The notes: generated by a model from the sequence alone, not told the origin. A DNA stretch of 64,000 nt from Octopus sinensis (GCF_006345805.1 NC_042999.1:100192001-100256000); one strand, 5' to 3'. Shown: positions 13,844 to 27,816, counted from the first letter of the stretch. A program made the numbers and translations.

Positions 13844-14529
13844 TATAGCTTTGAAAGAATAACTGTTAAAATCGAATTTCTCTCATCAAAATTTGCACAA
13901 AGAGCTTGCACATATATCCGTTGATATATATATGGCGTGGTGTATGCATGAATGTGTGTATGCATGTATATATACACACATACAGGCATACACACATACA
14001 TACATACATACATACATACATACTGAATTTTAATATATTTCTAAGTGACTGCCTTTGTGTACATGCAAATGTGTGTGTATATATACGCATGAATGTGATG
14101 CAAAAAATGTTGACATGTTTTTGTAAATGTACGAGTGTGTGGGTGGGTGTGTTTGTCTGTCTGTCTGTCTGTTTGTCGGTCTGTTTGTGTGTTTGTGTAT
14201 GTCCGTCTGTGTGTTTGTCTCTGTGTGTCTGTGTGTTTGTGTGTGTATGAATCTGCATCACTGAATGTGCTTTTTATGTGTGTTTTCCGTCTGATAATAT
14301 AATCTTCTAAATGTCTACCAAGCAAGTGGTGTATGCATTCATTTACCTTTAATATCTAATATAGCCACAGTATACTCTGCGTGAGTGTGTGTGCATGGAT
14401 GTATTTGTTTTATATATGCCTACATGCAAGACTGTAATCATATCTATGTAATGCGTATTTACGAATACATTTAATACATATGCGTGTGTGTGTGACCTTT
14501 CTGTCCGGCAGTCGCCATAATAGATCGGC

Positions 14530-14675
14530 AGCCACTATACACATTTTTTTCTCTCCTTATTTCTCTCCTTGTTTTTTTCTGTGTCCCTTTCAATTCTTAA
14601 GCGTTATACTAATACATCTGTTTTTTTTTTCTACACCACCTGTCTTCGTCTTTTGTTTTTTCGTGAACTCTCCCT
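14530..14675 (+). mobile_element. Solo pLTR-like element, subfamily 2, hammerhead deleted
   Basis: Aligns with the reverse complement of 50283-50456 except for a ~39-bp gap covering the hammerhead. Confidence 0.75.
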
Positions 14676-14780
14676 ATATATATATAATAATATATTATCT
14701 ATATATAGTGTTCGTGTGGATAAATAGTTGTATTCTTTTATTAATATCCACTTGCATGTTACTGTTAGCTTATTATTAGA

Positions 14781-14812
<32 letters not shown>

Positions 14813-14966
14813 GATTAATCAGCCGAAATTGCTAAGATGATCTGGTTCTTGACTGATGACTGAGGGCTTCGAATGTCCCGTCCTGTGGTTCTTGTGTCGT
14901 CTCTGTGGTGTTTCATGTTCTTGTCCATGTCTGTAATTATTTTTACTGTTTACCTATATATATATA

Positions 14967-15012
<46 letters not shown>

Positions 15013-15691
15013 GATGACCTCTCTCGTGGGTTTTGACGTAGGATGATCCGATAACCTACTCTTTCTTTGTCAGTCATAATGCTTATGCCGAATGCGTCAT
15101 TTAAGTCCCACCAACAATTTGCAAAAAACCTCACTCATCCTGCAAGTATGAGAATATATTTATACACATCCATACACATGTCCATATACACACATTCTCA
15201 CTCTGTCTACGTACACATACCAACAAACACACACACACGTCCAAAGCCATCTATTCACACTCCTTTCAGACTGCCTCTCAAAGGTCATTCTACTGACCCG
15301 ACTACTACCGACCATCCCATCTACGCACATGTGCAAAAACACACAACCATCAATACATACACCTATCACATACCTGCTGACCACTAAATCAGACCACACA
15401 AATCACTCAAATAAACGCATGTAAACAGTTAATAATGCACACACCACACACTCCCGCCAAACGCACACGCGCGACCACGCACACATACATGATATCAGTT
15501 ACTGTCACACACACACACTCGCTATCACTAACACGGCACCACACACACACACATGCAACCACCACTACACGCACACACACACACTTTGTTACCTCCAGAA
15601 ACACACTCAGTTACTGCCGCACACAGATATGCTACCATACGCACACAAACGCTATCACACACACATTCGCACACAGCCACACATACACACA

Positions 15692-16022
15692 GACTTATTC
15701 TTTGTAAGCCTAGTACTGATTCTATCGGTCTCTTATCCCGAACCACAAAATTACGGGAACATAAACACACCAGCATCGGTTATCAAGCGATGGTGGGGAG
15801 ACAAATACAGACACACACAAATATATACACTCATATATATATATATATATACACACATATACGACGGGCTCCTTCAGTTTCCGTCTACCGAATCCACTTG
15901 CAAGTCATTGGTTGGCCCGACTATAGTAGAAGACACTTGCCCAACGTGCTACGCAGTGGGATTGAATCCGGAACCATGTGGCTGAGGAGCAAGTTTCTTA
16001 CCACCCAACCACGCCTGTACCT
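15692..16022 (-). mobile_element. SINE family A
   Basis: TTCTATCGGTCTC...CAGTTTCCGTCTACC...AGAAGACACTTGCCCAA...GGAACCATGTGG. Confidence 0.88.
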
Positions 16023-16042
16023 ATGGTGTGTGTGTGTGTGTT

Positions 16043-16236
<194 letters not shown>

Positions 16237-16307
16237 ATAGATACTAACCTGAATAGTGTAGATTTTTTAGACGTAAATTTTAATGTAAGATCGGATAGAT
16301 TAAACCT

Positions 16308-17234
16308 TTCCGTAAGCCCAATGAAAAGCTATCGTATATTAGCAAAGATTCGAACCATCCACCAGTTATCCTTAGCAACTTAGTCAGCAATGTAGGTAGA
16401 AGAATATCTTCAATTTCTTCGGACGAGGCAGCATTCCATAATGCTGCACCTTATTACGATAGCGCATTAAAGAATAGTGGATTCTCGGAGAAGATCCAGT
16501 TCAACCAGCTTAATGCTAATAATAATGCTGCACGAAGAACTAGGACCAGGAAAGTTTTGTGGTTCAACCCGGCTTTCAATTTGGCCGTAAAGACTAATAT
16601 AGGTAAGGAATTTTTGAGATTAGTCTCTAAGCATTTTAAGCAGGGTCATAAATTCTACAGAATATTTAATAGAAGAACCCTGAAGGTTAGCTATTCTTGT
16701 TGCAGAAATTTCGCCTCTTACATTAGCCAACATAATAGGAAGCTAATTGAGATTAGACATGGTGCCGAGCCCATTAAGAAATGTAATTTCAAAAACGAAA
16801 GCTCCTGTCCGTTAGAAGGGAAATGTCTAGTGAAAGGAGTGGTTTATAGAGCCAAGGTGCAAGTGGAAGGCTCATCGGAATACAAGACATACACAGGGGC
16901 TTCAGAAAATTCATTTAAAACAAGATTTTATTTTCATAAGAATTCTTTTAAATACCCAGAGAATAGGAAGAAAACCAGCCTAGCAAAATATGTCTGGGAA
17001 CTAAAAGAAAAGGAAGCCCCACCTTTCAACGTGACATGGAGCATTCTGGACAGGGCGGCACCATACAGGCATGGAGCTTACAAATATAATTTCAAGTGCA
17101 AGCTTTGCTTATTAGAAAAAATGCACATATTATTCAAAGACAATAATTCTTTGAATCAAAGAAGTGAGTTAATGAACTTATGTAGGCACGCGGCTAAATT
17201 TAAAATGTCGAATATAAATATACCATATGGATAG
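16308..17234 (+). CDS. PLE polyprotein C-terminal part (RT thumb, linker, endonuclease), ~308 aa open frame without its own start
   Basis: [19 protein letters not shown]...[26 protein letters not shown]...KVSYSC...[18 protein letters not shown]...[20 protein letters not shown]...CKLCLLEK...[13 protein letters not shown]; extends the tracked ORF 16557-17234 upstream in frame. Confidence 0.85.
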   Translation, partial: FRKPNEKLSYISKDSNHPPVILSNLVSNVGRRISSISSDEAAFHNAAPYYDSALKNSGFSEKIQFNQLNANNNAARRTRTRKVLWFNPAFNLAVKTNIGKEFLRLVSKHFKQGHKFYRIFNRRTLKVSYSCCRNFASYISQHNRKLIEIRHGAEPIKKCNFKNESSCPLEGKCLVKGVVYRAKVQVEGSSEYKTYTGASENSFKTRFYFHKNSFKYPENRKKTSLAKYVWELKEKEAPPFNVTWSILDRAAPYRHGAYKYNFKCKLCLLEKMHILFKDNNSLNQRSELMNLCRHAAKFKMSNINIPYG

Positions 17235-18246
17235 AGTATATATTTTGTATTTTGATTTTTGATTTTGATTTTGACTCTTAAGCGCTACGACGGATCTATA
17301 GCAAAGTCTTATTGTTTCTACATATATATTAGGAAAAACCTACAAACTTTGTTTTCATGTTATTGTATTGCATAGGATTACCTTGATTATTTATATTACC
17401 TTGATTATTTATAAATGACCCAAAATAGGATGTTATATTTTATTTTATATGTCTTTCGTATATATTTTTATTAATGCACCCATTTTTTAAAAGCAATGTT
17501 TTTTTAAAAAAGCAATGTTGTCAAATTTAGAATGTTTATATAAGTTTGTGTATAGCAAAGCATATGTATTTGTAAGCATGCGTATCTGTGTATGTGTAAG
17601 TGAAAGTATGCTTGTGCTTAAGCACGCATACACAGGACGGTATGTATATGTATCAATTCAAACTTGTGTATGTATACTGGCCTCTATAGATGCCAATAAC
17701 ATCGCTACAAGTTTTCCCCCCCTCTTTCGTTCCTTTTTCTCTCTTTCCCTTTCTTTCGTTCCCCCTCCTTGCTCAGTATATGAGAATTGCTACATAGATG
17801 AATTTTAGCTTGCGTGCGAGACGGTTTGCGTGAATATATGTACACATGCTTTTATGTGTATAATTTAGATTCATATTCATACGTCTGTATATGTATGTAT
17901 GGCGTTTACGCGCATCCTTTTGTGTATGTTGATATATATATGTGGATTTTAATATAAATATGTATTGCAGTATTTATAACAGGTTTAATTTCTATGCATT
18001 AATTTGTACTGTCTTCATTAACGGCAATAGGTTTTTTCCTCGGTTTTTTCCTCGGATTTTATAATTTTTATAATTTTTATAAGTTTTTATATATATATAT
18101 ACATATATTTTTGACCTTTTTGTTTATCGCTCGAAGATTGACCGTTTTTTCTAAAGGGCCAATCAAACAAGTCCATTTCTTTTTAAAGGTGTAGCGTTTG
18201 TAAGAGTATAGATTGAATTAATATATATGTTCCATTCTAGCAAAAA

Positions 18247-18284
18247 CTGTCTGATGAACGGCAACGAGAAACTCAGAGTAACAG
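18247..18284 (+). ncRNA. Minimal type I hammerhead ribozyme motif, intact core
   Basis: CTGT-CTGATGA-A-CG(GCAA)CG-A-GAAA-CTCAGAGT-A-ACAG: stem I CTGT/ACAG, near-palindromic stem III ACTCAGAGT, GUA triplet. Confidence 0.75.
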
Positions 18285-18316
18285 ATTTTGTTGAATTTTC
18301 TGCTGCTTAAAATAAA

Positions 18317-18349
<33 letters not shown>

Positions 18350-18399
18350 GTCTTTCAGTATAACGCCTACGCAAATTCCATAAACAATTCCTGAATTGA

Positions 18400-18752
18400 A
18401 CTGCGACTACTGTCAGCCACTGTCAGCCACTGACCATTCAAAATACGACCATTAAGGCATTCCCAGATTTCCCCACCCCTCTCCACATCAGCTTCATTAT
18501 TCTTCATCTATCCTACCAAGAACTCAAAACGACCTCGAACACACAAGTGCAAACAAGGGAGTCAGAGAAAGGCAGAATGCTACTTATATCTGAACACTAC
18601 TACAGAAATATTCTTTTAAAAAAACTTTTCTTCTAATTTTTCTAAATTTAATTATTTAATCGTTACAGTTGAAAAGGTCTTAAAATGACCGAAACCGGTA
18701 CTGAAAGATTCACTATAAAATCATCTTAGCATTTTCTATTTTTGACTTGTTT

Positions 18753-18760
<8 letters not shown>
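18400..18760 (+). mobile_element. Probable decayed PLE 3' end with degenerate hammerhead (18666-18703)
   Basis: CAG-TTGAAAA-GGTC(TTAAAAT)GACC-GAAA-CCGGT-A-CTG: hammerhead topology with two core substitutions and palindromic ACCGGT. Confidence 0.5.
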
Positions 18761-18835
<75 letters not shown>

Positions 18836-18849
18836 TATATTTCATATAT

Positions 18850-18986
18850 TTACTTGCTTCAGTCGTCAGACTGCGGCCATACTGGGGCACCGCCTTGAAG
18901 TACTTTTAGGTAACTGAATCAACCCCAGTACTTTCTTATATTTACCTTTAAGCGTCGCACTTATTCTGTGAATCGCTTTTATCCAA

Positions 18987-18990
<4 letters not shown>
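18850..18990 (-). mobile_element. SINE family A, 3' tail fragment
   Basis: CTTGCTTCAGTCGTCAGACTGCGGCCATACTGGGGCACCGCCTTGAAG. Confidence 0.8.
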
Positions 18991-19017
<27 letters not shown>

Positions 19018-19449
19018 CTTAGAATGTGTATATGTAAATATCAGTATATGTGTATGTGCGTGTCTTTGTGTGTGTACATGTTGTTCGTATGTGTTTGTAC
19101 ATGGAAGGATGTGCACTTGATTCTATACGTACATATGAGTGCATATTTTTACGTGCATATTTAAATAAGTGTGTGTTTATGCGTCTCATTCTTGTGTGTA
19201 TGTATGTGTGCGTGTGTCGTGTAGTCGTGCGTGTGTCATGTAGTCGTGCGCGGCGCGTGTGGTATAAGTTCGTAAGGTCGTCGACGTTAATGCACGTATG
19301 CTTATAAACACCTTGCTGTATCTGTCGGTAAGTGCTTCTACTGGAAGCATTGAGAAACTCGATTTTCAAGTGTCAACTATTGATTAAATCAACAAACCTG
19401 AGAAATTAATACTTGCTATTACAGCTATTGAAAAAGAAATCTAGTCAAT

Positions 19450-19563
<114 letters not shown>

Positions 19564-21284
19564 TTGAAAATTTATTCATAGTTTTTGTTGCTTTTTTTCT
19601 TGTGAAAATACCTTCAGCTACTACATTGATCCCTACTTGAATTTTCTACACTCGTGTCAAGTGGAAATAAACACGATAAACTCGACCGAATAATGTCCAC
19701 CTCGTTAGCCAATGAGCTTTAGAATTACTTTAGTAGAGATATTGATCTTGTGTGTCATCACAACGGTCCTCAAGAAGAGTAATGAGTCTATATTTGAAAA
19801 ACAAAGATTGAAATAGTTTTTTTATTATAAAATAAATGAAATGAATAAATAAAAAAAAGAATGAAAAGTAAGCAAGAAGAGAAAGTTTTGTTTCCCCTTG
19901 ACCACTTAATGATTTGTAGTTTCACATCAGAATCGATCTTTTGTAGATATAACCGCTAACACTGACTTTATGATTAATGTATGTTAAACTCAGCATGTAT
20001 TATATTATCATTTATAGTCTATATACTGTTTGTGTAAAGTTAAGTATGTTGTAACAAATTACTTTAGAAAGTATCTATAAAATATTCTACAGAATTTTAA
20101 TCAATGAATTTCTGATAATATTATATCTCGATGACGTCATAATTATTAGCATACACAGAATTCTAAGTAAATTTTTTAAAACTTTATAATTTCTTTCAAT
20201 AATTCTCTATAAACAATAGCGTAGAAGGAATAAGAGTAAATAACGTATACTTAATAGCTAAGGTATATGTCGATATACCAGCATGCAAGATTCAAAATTT
20301 TACAAATGCTTATAGTATGTATCACAATGCAGCACTAAAACCTGCAGCCATGTGTCTAAGCGAAATGATTATAACCTCCACTGAAACCTGTGGCTGTGTG
20401 GTTATAACCTCCACTAATCATTGGAAACGTTATAATAGAAATTAAAACCAGTGGCTGTATATCTATAAAAGAAATTATTTTGTTCCCCACCCAAATGATA
20501 AAAAAGTTACTTTTGGGATAGCTGTAAGGATGCAAATGATTGAAAAGGACACACACGATTAGATATATTCTAGTAAGGAATTATTTTTACTGGTCCCGAA
20601 ACTATGGAAAGTTAAATCGAAATAGACAAAAGGAGAAAGTCGAAATCTGAGTTTAGGACTCACAAGAGTCTCGACCAAATACTATAAGAAACTATGTATA
20701 GTTCGTTCCTTATTGCATCATTCACTGAACCAGTAGCAAAATAAATGGATTGATGATTATTTCTAATATTTGTACATTATGACTGACTTAGTACAGGTTT
20801 TCTAATAAACGCAGAGGACTATAGTTTTTAAGAGAATGTATAATCTCTTATATACACAGATGAATATATGCTTTAATATCGTATACAATCATTTGTAATA
20901 TACAGTTGGTTATACGTCTAAAGGAGTAAATAATTATTACATATATACATTTATATAAATATATTTACTTACAGATATAGGGTAAAGAATTATTAATAAA
21001 TTTTACCAAGTAGTTTCGGTATGGAAAAAAAACATCATCGGTAAGAACTTATACAAAAAGTTTTTTCTATATATAATTATAAATATGATTAAGGGTTTAG
21101 CAACAAGTTGCTTCACCACATACCGCTGTTGTCTGTGGAGTCATATTTGTAGTTAAAAGAATTAGCTGTCTTTGGCTGGTATTTCTAAATCTTCGGTAAA
21201 TGGTGAAGCAACTTGTTAACTTGTTGCTAAACCCTTAATCATCTTTATAAATATATTTATTTATATATATGTATGTATATATAT

Positions 21285-21348
<64 letters not shown>

Positions 21349-22108
21349 TGTATGTATGTATGTATGTATGTATGTATATATGTATGTATGTATGTCCATG
21401 GATATTACGGACTGGACTGTAATCCCCCAGAAATATGGACTATGATCTTAAAAGACATGTAATTTTTGGAAACGCGCGTAGCAATGCATTAAAATATTTA
21501 TAAATTCCATCCACGGATTATTATTCTTTTATTATATTCATCCTACATTATATCGGCGCAGCTCAGTGCAATCCCAAAAAGCTGGTATCACCATTTGGCA
21601 TCATAAGGTTGTAGCCGGCATAATAGAATAGGAGTCTTTTTATGCATAATCAAAGCGTTTGCCGTAAACTAACTTAAAGTGTGTGGTGGGGTTCACAGAA
21701 AGCTATAGGTTTTAATAGAGTATATAATCACTTCTAATATGCACGAATGACTACAGGTTTTAGTGGAGTATATAACCCTTTCTAATGGTATAATCATCTT
21801 TAATATACACATGTAGGTGTATATTAGACCATATGTGTACATTCGAAAAAATTAAAACCTCTGATCATCTATCAATGTTAGAAATGAATTTTATTCGGTT
21901 TCTTTAAGATTCAAACATTTAATGGTGGAAACAAAAGCGAGCGGAAATGAATTCCTTTGTGGTATTAATTAAGGTTCATTTCGAAATTTTCTTTCCGTCG
22001 AACCCCTGTTGCGTCTCTTCCTTTTTGAATGGCTTAAGATTTATAGTGTTGTGTCTTTGTCAAAAATAGTTTTTACTTTTACTATAGCCAATGGTAGGAC
22101 CACTAGAT

Positions 22109-22310
22109 GGTATAATCGTTAGCACGTCGAAAAAAAACAGTTTAGTAGAATTTCTTCCGGTTCTTTACGTTCTGAGTTCAAATTACACCAAGGTCGACTT
22201 TGCCTTTCATGCTTTCGGGGTCGATAAAATAAGGAGCAGTCAAATACTGGGATCGATGTAACTGATTCACCCCTGCCTCTAAAATTGTTAGTCTTGTGCC
22301 AAAATTATAA
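22109..22310 (+). mobile_element. SINE family B
   Basis: AATCGTTAGCACG...GAGTTCAAATT...GGTCGACTTTGCCTTTCATGCTTTCGGGGTCGATAAAATAAG. Confidence 0.85.
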
Positions 22311-22524
22311 AGGCAACAACAAAATATTTCTATGAGTATTTTGTTTTGTTTTTTGTTTTGTTGTTATTGTTGCTTGCTTGTTTTTGGAGGGGTTTTTTTG
22401 TAATATTCTAACATATGGTATCTCTTTATTACTCTCCATGTCCTCTAACAATTGTATTTAAGTCTCAAAATAGTGAAAACTAATTTTCCACAAGCATCAA
22501 TAGAGAATATTGATTTCAAATTTT

Positions 22525-22725
22525 TTCACAAGACCAGCAATTTCAGGGGAGGAGTAAATCGATTACACCGACCCTATTGCTTGAGTGATACTTATTTTAT
22601 CGAACCCGGAAGTATGAAGGGCAAAGTTGAATTCATCAGAATTTGAACTCAGAAGATAAAGTCAGGAAAGATGCCGCTAAGCTTCTTTCCCAGGCGCGGT
22701 AACGATTCTCCCAGCTAGCCGCCTT
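22525..22725 (-). mobile_element. SINE family B, inverted relative to 22109-22310
   Basis: TACTTATTTTATCGAACCCGGAAGTATGAAGGGCAAAGTTGAATTC...AATTTGAACTCAG...AACGATTCTCCCAGCTAGCCGCC. Confidence 0.82.
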
Positions 22726-25596
22726 GTCAATAGAGAATACTGTAAGAGATCTTAATAATTTCTAATATGTATACATATGATTGTATGTCTCTGTAGCTGT
22801 GTTCTGTTGATATAACTATGTATGTAGGGTTTGCGCTTTAATTAAAGCTTATCTTAATTAATGATATATCCATGCAAAATTAATATGCTACTATTAATTA
22901 TAAATATTATTAATTGTAACATATACGTTACTTACGAAATAAGGATACGAATGGATAGCAAAACTGAAAATATATAAGCTTCAAATGCGGAAGACATTTA
23001 ATGAAATATCTTGTTTTAGACGTCACATTCAACACACTAATCTGGAAGTTTTTTTTTCTTTATAAACACAAGTTTCTAATATATATTGTTACCACGTTCT
23101 AGTTGATAAAGGATTCAAATAGTAAAACATTGTCATGTTTGGAAGAAAACATGAAAATTCCAACTCAATATTACAACTACTTCATATTGACATACGCATT
23201 AATCTATAATTCATCATATGAAATCATATTGGAATGTTGCAAACATCTGTTGAAGACGATCGCAATACGTGTACATGTTATTGTTTTGTTTTGTCTTGTT
23301 TTTTAATCTATTGTCTCGTTCAAGTAATAAAGAAGCCAATTCTAACAAAATGAAATTGATGTCAGTGAACTCTAAATACTTATGAATCTAAAACAAGACA
23401 ATATAAAATAAAAGGTTGAATTATAAATAAAAAAAAAACACAACATGCCATGTAAACAATGTATTTATCACATAAGATATGTCTATGAAGCGACAAAATC
23501 CTTTATCAACCCTGTAGCTACTTTCAGCTGCTCATTAGTGCACTTTTAAGTTCAAGCTTAAAACTGTCTCTGAAATCTGACAAGGCGCCAGGCATTATGA
23601 CAGAGTGTAATGGATTTTCTCTTTTACGTTGCTCCCCGAGATGACCTTAATACAGAAAGAACTCGATTTAGCTGCAGTTTTAACAGTTAAAAATATAAAT
23701 GTAAAATACATTAGCGTGTTTTTAGTTGTTATGTGCAACTAATTATTTAAGAATGATTAACAGAAAAGTGGATTCTATAGATAGGTGGGTGTAATTTAGT
23801 ATATAGAAATTATCACGTGACACTTTTTAGTAACTAAACAATAACCCCTGCCAGTCAAGCTGACAAGAAAGTAGAGAAGCTTGGTGACATTCTAATGTTT
23901 TGTCGATGTTGAATTTATTGAAGAAAGTTGTCTAATGAGTGAAATAAGTGTTACAAAGAAACGAAATACCTCGGTCGAATGTGATCAGGAAACTACGAAA
24001 TGATAAATGACATTTGAGAATTCATGAAACAAGGTAAAATATAGTACTTCTGACGTGGGTGACTTAGATGTCTTGAGATAATGACTACCTACAGACATAT
24101 CTTTTAAAGTAATGTAAGTGGTTTTATAGAGAATAGCAAGATGAGACTTGAATGGTAGTTGTATGAGCAACTACTTTAACTTGATAGATGCCGGAAATAT
24201 ATTCATAGTATACGACTGAAATATCACTTTTTTTTTTTTTTTTTTTGCTGTGAAATAAAATAATAGCATATCAAGATAGTTTTTTTTAAGAGAATATACT
24301 AATGAAGAATAATGAATAATAAACCTTCAAAAAACATATGAATAATTATAACGTCTGTTGCGAACATTGTCAACGATATGACATTTTGCTGGGCTTCAAA
24401 ATCTAGATATCTAAATTATCTTTATAGACTCAGAAAGTAAAAGTATACAATGTTTACAAGTGTCGTATCTTCAACAAACCTCTAAAAGCTTCCTGGACGC
24501 GGTTAGTCACTTATTGTACTTTATAAACACTTTATTAAAGTGACAATCATCTAATCCACTTATGTGTTCATCTGTCCAGGAAGATAATGTTGTTGAGTGT
24601 GAGCAATAACGACTGAGTTAAACTTTAATATTAAAGTAATATGTGTGTTTTTGAGTGCATCCGTGTATGTGTGTGGGCGTTGATGAATGTGTGTGTGTGT
24701 GTGTGTACATGCGTACATGTACGTGTTTGTATGTGTGTTTCTAAGTACGCGTGGCGGAAAAATAGGATTCTGCTATTTTTACCTAACATAAATGTTGGCA
24801 TGCACACATTATATAGATTGTTACTTTTCGTTTCATGTCCCATCTATCCGTGTGTGTATGTGTGTGTGTGTGCGTACATGTGTGTCTGTATGTGTGTGTG
24901 TGTGTCTGTGTGTGTGTGTGTGTCTCTGTGTGTGTGTGTGTGTGTGTGTGTTTGTGCGTACATGTGTGTGTATCTGTGTGTGTGCATGACAATCTTCACC
25001 ACAATATATTACATACGATCATAGAACATCTAGAATTGTGTTCATAGCTTACGAATATGGATATTTATCTTCTAATATCAAAATATTTCATACATACCTG
25101 TGCTAGCAAGTAAGTTAACTGTGTGTTTATTTTTATGTTTATACTGTTTCGGAAACGGTCAAACGCTTTCACCCGACAGGTTCCTGTTATTTTAAAAAGT
25201 TACAACCTCCTATTCAATCAGCTTTGAATGTTCCTTTGATGAATTGCTATCAAACTATCAATACATAGTTTATAGATATTTATTGGCCATATTGTTCGTA
25301 AACCTCACGGTTGTCTGAAACTCTGAGTAACATATTGTGATAAAGTTTCAGCTTCAATAAAGCAATATTTTAATCTGTTTTACTCTACCTTTGGTATTTG
25401 AGTGCTTTTTTTCTCCATCTTCTTTTACACCTATGTGCTCGCTTGTCTGTATATGTATTTATATGTGTGAGTCATACACACGCGCACACATACATATATA
25501 TACATGTACATGTACGTTAGTATATAATAAGTAGAAAGTATCTGTGTGTATATATTTATATATGTATGCATATATGCAGGTATGCATGAGCATATT

Positions 25597-25643
<47 letters not shown>

Positions 25644-25959
25644 TGTGTGTGCATACACACGCACACACAAACACATGCAGAAACGCAGTGCAAAAGAGCC
25701 TCATCAGATGACGTAAGATGCTTCACAAGTTCCTAGATCTTCATTTTATTTTCGTTTCAATGCTGATGGTGTGATTCTAACAATTCGGACACATTTGGTG
25801 AAGTTGGGAAGATATGTGTGTGTATTATTATACTATGAGCATTCCCTAGTAATTTTCTCTCCGTAATTTACAAAGCCTTCCGCGTTTGTTTACAAATATT
25901 ATATATAGTATTAGTCAGTTTAAGTATATATTAACTAAATTTGGCTAAAAGCGATGGGT

Positions 25960-26035
25960 GAGCGTTTGGCCCAATCGGATACGCAAGGAGCCGTGTTAGC
26001 GTTGATTTGTGGATTCGATTCTGGCTGGGGTTAGC
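25960..26035 (+). pseudogene. tRNA-like relic (resembles tRNA-Asn GTT); pseudogene or orphan SINE head
   Basis: TGGCCCAATCGGATACGC (A-box / D-arm-like), TGTTA at the anticodon position, GGATTCGATTC (B-box / T-loop-like); stems are broken. Confidence 0.4.
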
Positions 26036-26122
26036 TCATCATTTTTCAGTCATTTGTTTATATTTATAAATTGTCGCTTCAAATTGGAGAATGAAACATT
26101 ATTATGATATATTATTATACAG

Positions 26123-26176
<54 letters not shown>

Positions 26177-26340
26177 TAATGTAGGATAAAATTTTTTCTA
26201 AAAAAATTTTTTTCCCAAAAAAATTTTATCAATGGCCAGCATATTAAAAGATACCTTTAAAGGCTAAATTTATAAACAATTCGTTTGCCCTTATTTATGA
26301 ATTGTTTATTTATGTATGTATGTATATATACATATATATA

Positions 26341-26500
26341 ACTTTTACTTGTTTTAGGCAGTAGCCTGTGGTCATGCTGGGGCACAACCTTGAAGGATTC
26401 AAATGTATAGATTCTAGTACTTAATTCTTAAAACTGAAGCGCTAGATTACGTGGATGCGTAAACGCACCAGCACCGACTGTCAAGCCACGCAGCCACACC
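26341..26500 (-). mobile_element. SINE family A, decayed 3' half
   Basis: CTTGTTTTAGGCAGTAGCCTGTGGTCATGCTGGGGCACAACCTTGAAG...CACCAGCACCGACTGTCAAGC. Confidence 0.7.
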
Positions 26501-26576
26501 AGTGCCTATATGTATGTATATATGTGTGTCTATGTATATATGTGCGTATATATATATAAACACACACACAAATGTT

Positions 26577-26643
<67 letters not shown>

Positions 26644-27467
26644 ATATGTATTGATATATACATAAATGTATACATTCATAGATTTTTAGGGTTTGAAGAA
26701 GAAGTCACATACAGTCATGCACACACAAACGCACATAAGTATTCATGTACCGACGTATGTATGTATAGGCGTGTGTATGATTTTCTTGTAAGCATGCCGT
26801 ATTAAGTACACATATGCTATATTGTTGCCTGGAAACTTTATGCAATTCATTTGGCCCTACCTTCCATGTTTCTAGACTGTGATATGATCTGTGTTTCTGC
26901 CGCTTTATAGTAGAAGGATAAATACGGCTGAAGTTCACATCTCCGCAGGAATTTCAATTATTTACCGCTCGGTTTATTTGCCAGAGAGTTACCTGTTTAT
27001 TTTAGTTTCTGACCAGTGGATGTTATCTGTTACTTTCTTTCCTAATACTTATGTCTTAAAATGTCGTCGTTATAAATATTGACCGCATAATTCAGTATTC
27101 AATACGTAGCGAATCAATTTTGCCCGCAGATATAAAACAATTGTGAAATTACACCACTTACGAATTCTAATTGCTCAAAAGCACCAACGCACAAGATTGT
27201 TAAGAATCTAAGTAACATAATCAAACATGATAAAACGGAAAGATTCATTATAAGTTCATAGAAAGAGTTTCAATGACTTTTACGAACTGCTGATAAAGTG
27301 GTTTTGTTGTTTTTCTTTAATTACAGCTAGAAATTTTTATTTTCATTTCATAATTTTGCTGAAGGGCAAGTTGAACCAGGTAATCGTGTGTTGGGGGTTG
27401 TGTTTGTGTGTGCGTGTGAGAGAGAGACAGGGGGGTCTGTGTGTGTGTGAGGGGTTTATGTGTATGT

Positions 27468-27523
<56 letters not shown>

Positions 27524-27816
27524 TATCATTTTGAACCCTGTTGCTTACAACGAGAATTTTTTCCATGGCAAATTGCAGTGTGAATTGCTTTTTTTAATGG
27601 TCAGATATGTTCCGAGCATATCAACTGATTTACACGTGTTTTTTCACTGCTTTCACATCCTACAACATATTTTGTTCTAGCCCGACCGGCGTCGCACGTA
27701 ATCAGTTGATAATTTGTACGGATTATTACAAGGGAGCCATCGTTTTCAGAGTAATTTCAGTGCTGTCTCTGTTATGACAGTTGATGATAGTCAAATAGCT
27801 TGAAATGCATGCATCG

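Larger units (their letters stand above)
16240..18317 (+). mobile_element. 5'-truncated Penelope-like retroelement (Naiad-like motif set): RT C-terminus, GIY-YIG-type endonuclease, ~1.1-kb 3' region with hammerhead, inserted in (TA)n
   Basis: VDFLDVNFN, then a 1-nt frameshift near 16300, then an open frame 16308-17234. (TA)n on both sides; terminal hammerhead at 18247-18284. Confidence 0.9.

Noticed and set aside
19706-19716. CCAAT-box-like AGCCAATGAG
   Set aside because: A single short motif with no promoter context or nearby gene.
22099-22112. Partial CTCF-like word CCACTAGATGGTAT
   Set aside because: It lacks the 3' GC end and overlaps a decayed SINE head.
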